DNA of 64,000 nucleotides from Trichosphaerium sp. ATCC 40318 (taxonomy: Eukaryota > Protista > Tubulinea), in assembly GCA_038496445.1 (NCBI GenBank), contig JALMLS010000370.1, positions 197,361-261,360 of the forward strand, given 5' to 3'. The notes below the pieces were generated by a model. It did no database searches. It was not told the origin of the DNA and was given only the letters and a program-made list of their open reading frames with translations. The number at the start of each line of letters is the position of its first letter. The first letter of the stretch is position 1. The translations under genes and the position numbers were made by a program. Below, piece after piece: positions 1 to 10,600 of the stretch.

Positions 1-1115
1 CTTTGGTACCTTCTTTACAAGCGATATAATGCTCTTCCTCAATCTTATCATAAGGAAGGAGTGATTGTATGCAATAACGCAAGTATCTATTGTTAAAAGG
101 TTTTAGATGAGATAACAAGAACAAAATGAGTTTTACCGTTGCTTTGCTTTCTTTGCAAATATACGAAAACGGCTCATGTCAAACTCAAATTTTGGATATA
201 TCACGTTCAATGCTCCAGGAAAGTAACGCAGTAAGGATACTCCGCCTTCGAATTGCTCAACTGATATTCTGTACCTTCGATTATAAATACACGCTTGTAA
301 TCACGTTATTTTTGTACCAAGACTCTGGGGAATTAATATTGTATTTTACCATCATTTTTGATAAGAATTTGATTTGATTCGTTGGACTCGTCCAAAAGTT
401 CAGTGGCTTTGTTTTTCTACACGTTGTATTAGACAATCACTCCACCGAATTACTGTTTGTCGCCTTACTTAAAATGCCAGCTATGGTTAGGGTATATTGT
501 AGGAAGAGCGCGAGACAAGGAATCTCCATACCTTTGATAGTGTTAGAAGTGAGGACGAGTTGACACAACAATCATCGTCTTGTGACGTACTTTTTGAGCC
601 ATCCTCTCATCTTCATTCGCTTGATGTCTCTAAATTTGACATTGTGCCAATCGTCCAGAGTCTTGAAGCCCTGTTCTTCTGAGGTTATTTCCATCATATC
701 TCTTTGGTTAGTTACACTCTTCCAATGATGAGAGGGAGCTAGTCTAAGAGATTAAGTGCTAGTGTCACGATTGGCATGCAGCGTACGTAAATTTCCATGG
801 AATCCATGCGTATTCGTTATAGGCGCTTCTTATTGCGTTATACACACTTTTTTGTCTAATATGTCACTAAATACATTGAACTGAGCTGATGCATACCGAC
901 GGAGTAGCCCATTGAATCCTGCATTCTCTAGGTGGGCGTAGGTTACGTTGTACCAATCATCAGCCACTTTAATGTTATTTTTTATCGCATAATCATCGAG
1001 CGCTTTACGTCTATTGAGCTCTTTTTTCCAATGAGATGAAGCTGTCCAGTGTCTTGTTTGATAAACGGCCTATACATAGTAAGGTTAATCAAAAAGACAA
1101 CCACTATACCTGCAT
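1..1115 (-). CDS. Trp-rich ~70-aa tandem-repeat protein (3' end runs off the window; start uncertain)
   Basis: Manual splicing gives repeats HWKKELNRRKALDDYAIKNNIKVADDWYNVTY...AYNEYAWIPWKF, HWKSVTNQRDMMEITSEEQGFKTLDDWHNV and FWTSPTNQIKFLSKMMVKYNINSPESWY, then AKQRYLRYCIQSLLP. GT-AG introns restore frame. Confidence 0.7.
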
Positions 1116-1228
1116 GAAGTGGCATTCAGTGTACCATTTTACACAAAATTCGTCTGGCACAAGTTCTATATTGGTCAATACTGTCTTGGCAATAAAACTG
1201 AAAGCTTACTACAAAGCGGGAAGAGCCA

Positions 1229-4200
1229 ATGCGTAGAAGCAGAGGAGCGAGTTCCAATAAATACTACAGTGATAAAGGCAAAAGATACTTACTTCGTGAA
1301 ATAAAACAATTTACAAAAACTGTGTCAAGATTTCAACGGCGCTAAATTCTGTGTATAGAACTACGAAAGAAGCTTGAGAGTGTAGCAGAGAAACTCTCTG
1401 CTTTAAGAGCTGCTGCAACAAAAGTCGTTAATGATGCAGATACGCTGTGTGATGTCGTAAATACGCTTATAGAGGTACTTTTAAAATAATTTGAGCAAGG
1501 TTAGAAAAAACGTTAATACAAACTACAAAAGGCAACTTCTCTTACTCACCATGTACCGTTGGTGTCTCCTGACAAGAGGAAAAAGTCAAGGAGCAACAGG
1601 GAGAAAAAAAATAAAAAAGAAGTGACAGATTCTTCAGAACTCAAACGCAAACAAAAGTACAACGTCCATTAACGCTGACAATTCTAATATTAAATGAGGC
1701 CAAAATTAACTCGCGTAAAACATTTCAAGATGAACGATATACCTGTAAAACAAGATCACTGGGCGGTTTTAGTAGCCGGTGGCAGTGCGTTACAGCTATA
1801 GATGTCCGTTATTCATGAAATCTTTAGTGCCTGGAGTAATGGAAGATCCTACGCGTGCAGCATCAAAAATGACGTTTCTACAGACTTATGATTACTTACT
1901 GAATACGGCTGGCTTTCCAGTGAATAGAATTTATTGTTTGACGCCCATCAAATGGATCTCACATATAAGAGGTCCTTGAATCCTTACTTGAGATAACTTT
2001 TCTAATCCAAATATATCTAGATTCCAAAGAAAAAATAGAGCGACTCAAAGAGTTTGTCCCTGGGTATAGCCCGCTTGTTTGCTTCCAAATTTAGACTTAC
2101 CCTCTTGTATAGACATCCACTTTTATTCTATATAAAGTCATTAGAAATGTGTGGACATAGTTTGGAGATGGCCGCAGCTTGGTACCTTTTTTGACACTTT
2201 TTTCAAAATAATTTTAATGTTTTTCTCAACGTAATAACACGTGTTGTAGGCTTGTAGAAAATCAAGGCGTTCTTGCCTCTAAAATGAGAAATGATAGGTA
2301 TTATTTTATACGGAGAACCATTTTGGCCGTGTTGCCTGTAGTACAAGTCGTAGCTGACATTTATTTCCCTTAGAAATGATACTGGTACTGGGGACGATCC
2401 ACTCAATATATGTTATAGCGCTAATATGTGGCGGCCTGCTGATCCAAATTCATTCACAAAGCTATTACAAAATGAGATTGATGGTGTAAACAATTATGTA
2501 TTCACGTACTACATTGGTCATGGTCGTACAGATGTTGTAAAAAAGAAAAAAAAGAAAAACAAACGAGGTGTAGATGTATCATTGCACGAGCATGTGCACA
2601 GGCAAAAACGTGCGCGCTGGTGGTACGATACACATGTTAGGGCGGAAAACAGATATTAACGATGCTATGAACAGGTTACTGTTTCCTGAGAAGGGCAATG
2701 ATGAAAATGCCAGAGGCATCTCACATTTAGAAACAGCTGAAGTGCGTCATTTACTGTTTGAATGTTGTGTCTTAACTGCTATTTAGCATCTTGGTTTGAT
2801 GAGCTCTGATCAATCTGCTATTGATACCACGGAATACTCGCTTCATTGGCAGTCACTATTGCGTACTGTTTATAGAATTTCTACTGGTACCTTTACACTT
2901 ATTGTTTTGATGATGCTTACCCTCTCTCTTCCAACTCAGTCCGTGGAGGTACATTAACAGCACCTAAAGTGTCTTGTTTTACCCTATTTGCTGCTGCTTC
3001 ATGCAGTGGCGGTATGCTCAAGTGGACCAATGAATATTCTCTTGACAAACGAATGAATCCTGTTTGTTTTGAAAAAGGTGATGTGCTTTGCTTGTTACCA
3101 TAACAGCTGTTATCCTGATTATATGGCTTAGGTGGGTCACTGTCCAATAGAGAAGTATCAGAAATATTCCCAGAAATATCAACAGCAGAGTATTCTTTAT
3201 TACGTCAGCAACTTAAGGACATCCCAGTATTTGCCATTACGAGCGCTGACCATGAGTATTATCCAGGGTCCTTCTTTTCAGCAAACTGGTACCTACATAT
3301 CACTTGTCTTGTGACTTTGTTTGTATCATTGACAAACAAATAATTAGGTTGCGACGTGCTGTACAGTGTATGTCTAGTACCAATGTGAGTTGTAATGACT
3401 TTTACAAGTCACTTCATACATCAGATCAAAGCGATATTGTAGACTCGTTGATGGTATCACAGTACTCCACAAACTCAAATCTCTTGGTACCAATATATAT
3501 CCAACCTGTTTTGTTCGTTTATTGCCTAACTTATTTCTAAAAAGGATATGCCATTGGAACGACTGCTCAATTTCGCTAAAGGACAAGCTCAAATAGGTAT
3601 GCAACCAACCTTCATTACTCTGCTTACTAACAGGATCAACGTAGTATACGGAACACCTATGTTCTTATCAGCTCGTGCCAATCTAACGCGACATGACACT
3701 CCTGAGGACCTAACTTTAAGTCCTAATGGGAAATCTAGCTCTACAGATGCCAAATACGAGTGGCAAGCAGCTAGAGATGCGACTAGAATTGAACAGTGGT
3801 GTACAGCTGTAGCTACAACCAAAGCAAATTTCTTGCCATTGACGGTATGTCTTTATATTGCCATAGGTTTTTAGAGGTGTCCTCTACTTACAACAAAAAG
3901 GTTGAGAGCGCACAAACATTGGTTGTTGCCAATACAATAATACAACCAAACGCTATACTATCTCAACATGATGGAACAGTACTTCGACAATTAAAATCAA
4001 AACTACGAAGTATGATTGAAAACGACTTTGGCGGCAAAGCCTGTGTTAGAGTATCCAATAGGAATTGTAGCGATGCTGTAGTAGGTAGTATAAAAACACA
4101 GGAATACTATAGAACCAACGTAGCAAAGTTCATTAGCAATACAACGGCACGTGTCACACTCGTTTTATAATGTTTTTCTGAAATAGTGTTGCTAAAATGT

Positions 4201-6510
4201 TGACCAAACAGGCTGATGGCAGCGTTTTGAATTCCCAATTACAATGCCTTGTTTCGAGTTCATTAGCTGCATCACGTGTTACATCAGGCGCGGAAGCGAT
4301 TAACCTGCTTACACACAGGTAACATCTGGTTTTGAATTCTTTTGTTGAGGTTTCTTACACACTTATTTTGCTTACTTACTCTGTTAGTTTACGTGTCGGA
4401 AGTGACATGCAGTGGCGGCTTTTACGTATGGGAACCAGTAACAAGTACGACAAAGTGACAGTAGAGGCAGTCATTTATTCTTCTACAGGACCGAGTTGCT
4501 TGACTTTCAGATTGTATTGACACCTTGGACTCCAATGGATGGCTCAATGATGTTCCGTGGATTTGTTTATGATGGTGAACTGACTGCTATTTCGCAATAC
4601 TAGTACGTATTCTAAATAGTGAAGGAATTTGGCTAAGGGTTTGTTTCTCAGCACTTTGTGCTATTATCCCAATATTCAAGCCAAGAGGAAGCTTCAGGTT
4701 ATTTTGGAATCAGCATTTGCGTCTTTTAGTGACGCTCTAAATGGTGCTTTAACATCTGATAACTACTGCATCGACTTTTATGTTGGTCGCGATGAGAAGG
4801 TGTTGGTTATGGATATTTGTCCATGGGAAGTTGCCAACTTTAAACTGTTTGACAGATATGCTGATGGACACTCTCTCATGAATGCACCAGTTGAATTCAG
4901 AATCGTTGGAGCTATTAACCCTAATATTTTAATGAGCGGGGCTGTTCCGCAAGCGTGGCAAGCTTTTATGGAACCGGAAGCAGAAGGTACCAGTCAATCA
5001 CTAATTATATCATTGTAATTGTATTAACTTTTTTGGCATAGAGGATTCGTTGGAAGGTCCACCTGAAGATATGCCTTCAGATGTTGTTAAAGCGGAGCGT
5101 GCATTTATTTCAACTCATATGGGGATAAATGAAGAAGGCGTTGAGTCTGAAGTACCTTATTGTGACGTGCTAGACGTAATTAATGGTTTCAATGTATCTT
5201 CTAGAAGCTTGCCTTGCCTTCGATACACTGACATGATGCTCAGTACGCCATTAACCACGTGCTCGCATAAATAATTATTCGGCAATAGGTCCTCAAAGAG
5301 CAGAAACAAAACAAGCAGTCAAGCTATTTTGTGACACGATGCAGCAACGAGGGTAGGTAACCTTTCTTTTATTTTTCTGATTTATTTTAGGTTTTGTGTA
5401 CTCAACTTGGAGAAGGCTATGGTGACAAAGATGCAAAGAATCACTGAGTACGTCAGAATTACAAACTGGCATATTATAACGCAATGATATTTAGCGCTGC
5501 TTCAACGTTCTTTGCAATGTCTCAATCGCAGAGGAACAAGTTTAAGAAGGTGGGGTATTCCAGTCATTACCCTATTTTTGAATCCTTTAAACTTCCATTT
5601 TCACAACATACTACGAGTTATCCTTCCAACGATTTCCAGGCATGTTTTCATCATTGTTACATGACATTACTTTCATGTTGCTAATAAGAGTAGGCAGCTG
5701 TAAAGGACTATTATCTACTAATTAATGAGCTTTCATTATCGCTTATGGGTGTTCTCAGCAGGGGTTTTAACTTCCCCCAAGAGGAAGTATTAAAGTTAAT
5801 TGAGAACGCTAAACCTGATGCAGGCAACAGTAGCTCCTTGACGTACGTTCATTATTGATTTACACCGTAAGCACGTGATTGCTAAGTGTTACACAGGATG
5901 ATAAACTTTTTTAAAGAAAAGTATTATGATAAGACACAAGCCAAAGGCATACACGTCGACCTTGGTACACTAACGTTTGTTCCATTAGCCAAGACAACAG
6001 GAATTCAAGTACGCTAGCTTTTGAATGTTGTTTTGTTTAAACTTGTGTCAAGGTATATGACAGAGCATTACAATGTTGGATTAATGTTGATGCTACTTAC
6101 CCACGTGTACCAGATGGAATGCTCGTATTTTGTGGAGATGTTCTAAGGTACTATTTTTGTGATGTTGGTGAAATGAAAGCTAACACAAGCCACAGGGTAC
6201 TTACAGGAGGATACATTCAACCTGTCCCTCATAGAATAAAAGTATGTTATTAAATCAGTTAGTATACGTCAACTTATTTCTTCTCTAGCCTACTACTGTT
6301 GATAAAGACTCAGCATCTATAATGTACATGTGTCAACCACCAAAATCAGAACCTATAGCGACACTGCCTAATAGCTGCCTAAAGGAGTGCGCACACAATG
6401 CTTACAGCGCATCATACACAGACTTCAAAGATTACAGTCGTAAGAACACAAGAAGGGCACTCACCAATTACAACGAGCAGTTGTTTACAAGTAAAAAAGC
6501 CACTTCTTGA
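1229..6510 (+). CDS. Multidomain protein: peptidase C13 (legumain-like) + CDC123/D123-like ATP-grasp + IPNS-like 2OG-Fe(II) dioxygenase
   Basis: Spliced translation. C13 part: HWAVLVAGG, YVFTYYIGHG, FAAASCSGGM, DIPVFAITSAD, GSFFSANW, MVSQYS. CDC123-like part: ACVRVSNRNCSDA, AINLLTHSLRV, MFRGFVYDGELTAISQY, YCIDF, VLVMDICPW. Dioxygenase part: RGFCVL..AASTFFAMS, GIHVDLGTLTFV, FCGDVLRVLTGG..PHRI. Domain junctions are joined in frame by GT-AG introns (3487-3544, 3597-3644, 4987-5041). The start may be 1229 or 1730. Confidence 0.72.
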
Positions 6511-6871
6511 CGTGTGGTAGCTATGCGCTTTTTTGAATATTTGTACAAATAATACTACTTTACAACACGCTATTTTATCATTTCTCAATTGCTTTGTGAA
6601 CACCAATGGTTTTGATCAAGTTTTATTTAGTTGTTTCTGTCAAAAAAGACAGAAAATTAGTCAACCATTTTCTTTCGTTACGTTTGAATAAAAAGCGTAA
6701 CTAGTCTTTACGTATCTCTTTCCCTTTTCAATTTTTTTGTTTGCAATTGCATTTTGCTTTGCCCTGGATAATAAGGAAACCACTTAGCGCGTGTTTCCCT
6801 TTCGGCTTCTCATTTTGGTGTGTTAAAATTACTGTTGTACAAGTTATCGGCAGAAAATAGCGCCTAGCTTT

Positions 6872-7478
6872 CTAGCATCGTGTGCTACCTGCTAATGAAG
6901 TTGTGAGATAAAAAAAATAAAATCGAATACTAAGACCAGTATTGCAATTTGGGATCAATTAGTAAGGGCTATACCTGTGTTATAATACGGTTTGATGGAC
7001 TTGCTAGCTAAACCGTTTGTATACGTTTGTTTCCAAATCTTTTCAGTGCTTATGACGTTGTTTGTATTGCCCAGCTCATCTACCTTTGTATCGCTTGTAA
7101 AGTCGTACAACCACTCTCCGTCTTGTATAAATTTATACTGATACGTCCCTGGCACGTTGAGCTTTAGCTCTAGTTCAAAGCCATCTGCTGTCTAGTTTTA
7201 CGAGAAGCGTTAGCAGTTTTGTCGTTATGGTTCGCAAATAAATATCATTTTGCGTTTGTATTGAGCTTTACGCCATTGTCATGAACGTAGCGCCCTTTGC
7301 AACGCTAGTAACGTACTTTTTTCATAGTCCTTTTGCCTTTCCAACCGTCCCACGACCCGGCAAGAAATACTTGCTGTGCGTACATATTTGTCCATTTAAA
7401 CGTAACAAAGACGCGGTGTGGAAGGTCTTCTTGTTCGTAAGGCGCGTAGTCGTTACTCAATAGATGAGGAAAAGACAT
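6872..7478 (-). CDS. Small protein with AMPK-beta-type glycogen-binding (CBM48/AMPK1_CBM) domain
   Basis: VTFKWTNMYAQQVFLAGSWDGW...LNVPGTYQYKFIQDGEWLYD..VDELGNTNNVI. The 3' end is uncertain. Confidence 0.8.
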
Positions 7479-7695
7479 TGTATCGAGGTCACAACGCACC
7501 GACTGCTTTACTGGGCGTTCCGTAGCGAAATTGCGCCACTTTGTAAGTCAAAAATGACTTAACGTTTCGAAACTCATCAATCAAATCTCTCAAGTAATAA
7601 AGCGCAGCGACGTACAACCCTACGTCGATTTTCCTGAGATGCCGGAAAAAAAACGTCAAGCCGGAAAAACGCTTTATTTTTTTTCACAAGCAAGT

Positions 7696-10600
7696 TTACA
7701 ACTCATTCAAAATGAATTCCATCTCTTCCCTGATAATCTGTGCTGATTTGAAGGCTTTCTCAACCTTGATTACAGTTAGCATAAGTAACAGGTACACAGC
7801 TCCGTACCTTTTCTCCGCCAATCTTCTTTAGAGCCACCTCAGCGGCTTGACGGATATTACTGGTGGAAAACATTAGTATTGAAAGTTAATTACAAGAGTT
7901 TGTGTTTAGTTTTTGTTAAGTTTGTATTTGTTGTGTACCTGATAGGGCAATTCTTCCATTGGTTTACAAGAGGAGCTATACTATCATCATGCTTGTAACG
8001 TGCAAGTGCGATACAAATAGCTTCCTTTACGAATCTATCTGGCTCTATTTCGAGTCTCTTCAACAAAGGATGAACTGAAAAAAAGTAAGTTAACCCATTT
8101 GTATTGCGGATAAAAACCAATTCCGGAAAAAGAAAAAAAAGAAGAATGTACCAGCTTTAGGGTTTCCAATCTTTCCTATATTGATAACTGCCCACACACG
8201 CACATCATCATTCTACAAAATAGCATGTGTTACTAATAATAGACTTGTTTTGGAGAGATGGAGACATTGCACGTACCTTTTCTTGAAGCATCTTTAACAT
8301 AATATCTAAATGTTCTAGTTTCATTTGGTCGCTCTTCAAAGAGTACGCCATCAACCTGTTACGCTGTTCATCGACGTCTTCGCTCTAACATCATTAAGTT
8401 AACAAACAGATTCGTCGTATAAGCGACAAAGGCCTTGACGTACTTCAATACCACCAATGAGTTCATCTGCTGAGAGCATCATGGTCTTTGGTTTAATCCA
8501 ATCTTTCCATTTGATAGCTTTTGCACCACCAAGACCAAAGATTTGCACTTTTTGTAGGATGCTTTGAATTTGATCTTTCATAATCGCTGTATCTCCTGAT
8601 ACCGCGTTTGATTTTATATTCTCTTCTATCAATACAGTACATTTAGGGAACTGTGACTTGACTTGTTCTTTCAGAGCTACAACAGAAAATTAAACGACAA
8701 TCATGACGTAAACAATAAAAAAGGTATGGTACCATCAATATCAGCGCCTTCAATATCTGGTATTACAAGTCGTTGCAGTTGACTCTTACAGGCCTTAACA
8801 AATGACATGATAGCACTCTCTCCCATGATACAGTAGCTAAAGAAATCACGTGAATACAAATATTTGGATGAAAGAGAGCCTTACCTGAGATCAAGCTTGC
8901 GCAAATTAGGACAGTATTTTGCAATGGACAACAATCCTTCCGCAGTAATCTATTTGCATTTGTTAAGAAGTGTAAACTATCAATATATTATATGTACTTG
9001 GTATGCGAACGGTAATAGTATACTATCTATTTTCTTGTTTACATCTGTGCGAAGGAAGGAATCTGTAAAAAGTAGAGTTATTTCTTTGGGTTGGCTAATA
9101 ATGATGAGGCAAAGCAATTACCCAAAGAATTATCATCGATAATATTCATGGCTTCAGATAAATCAAGTGGCTTCTCTGAGCTATAGTATTTTCTAGCGGC
9201 CCTAAAAAAGAACTTGTGAGCTCTTGATTTGTGCTCAATTAATCCTCTAGTTTTATCGTACTTCAAGAAAGGCTGGGTAATGCGTTTATCATTCTTGGCT
9301 ACAGCAGCAATCCTCAGCGTTATGGCAAGATCCAATTTCTGATTTTTGAATGATTGCTCCATGAACAAATCCATACAGTGTCCATCGCCACTGACCTCAA
9401 CAGCTACAGCCGTGGTGAGATTCAACAAAAATGATGAAAGTAGATTACCTTTTTTGAATTGTTCAGCAGCATCAGTGAACAGCTGTCTTTGCCTTGACAC
9501 GTTATCGTTTGCACTTGCACCCCAGTACGCCAGTACAATACCCCAAGCACGGATCGACTCCCAATCAGAAGGATCCATGTCAACAGCATCAGAAAACTTA
9601 TCTGTTGCGCCAGCATATAGCTTATCAGCAGCTTCACCCTTTAAAGTAATTGTGAGCTTCAAAAAAGCTTAAGATTTCTGTACCTGCTTATGTCTAGCGC
9701 GGGCGAGAAGCATGTCACCCCATTTAACCAAGGTACCGTGACTGTCTAAAGTTCAAGGATTATTGGAAGTCAATGAATATAAGTATGTATGCATACCTGT
9801 AGTTGTCTTTACAGCGTTTTCAAAAGCGTCATTAGCTAGATCCCATAACCTGTCTGCTTCTTCCTTTGATGTAGAGTCTGCTGTTGCACGAATCGTCAAT
9901 GCATTACCAAGGGATGAATAAACGATATTCATCTGTTTAATAGTAGCTTCTAATCCAGTGATATCTGCGTCAACCTAGGCACAACAAGCAATAAGTAAAA
10001 CAAAAGGAAAATAGTAAATCCAAAAAAAATTTGATGAGATGTGTACCAAAACAAACGAGTCGGCAGCTGCCGATAATTGAGTTACTGCCTTTGGTGTTAG
10101 CAGAATACCGACTTGCTGGGACATATCAAGCATAATATCAGCAATATCCGCATGTAAGTACTCGCGAAGATCAAAGCTACATAAGGCTATTAAAGGTTTT
10201 GTTGATGTGATAAAGGAAAGTTTTGGTTTTTATGTTTACCTATCTTTCATCTCATCTTTGGTCAATGCTTGATCAAACCTCATCATTATTTCCTTTTTAA
10301 GTCTTTTTGAGTAAAAGTTCTTTGAAGGAACCTTTAGCTGTTCAGTGTTACCCAACACTAAGTTGAAAAAGTTCTTAACAATGGCCAAGTAAGGTTCTTG
10401 CGCAGCAATCCTCACTTGACGAACCTAAAAATAGAGTTAGCACAACATCAACAAGGCACTCTGGCCAGTAATGTAACAATCAAACATAAAAACACTTACT
10501 CGTTGGCGCAGTTGGTCTCTCAGCATATTCTTGAGTGTACGAGCTGCCAATACAGCCAAGCAAACTCTTTTTGGTTTTGGGAACTTCAAGAGAGCTCTTA

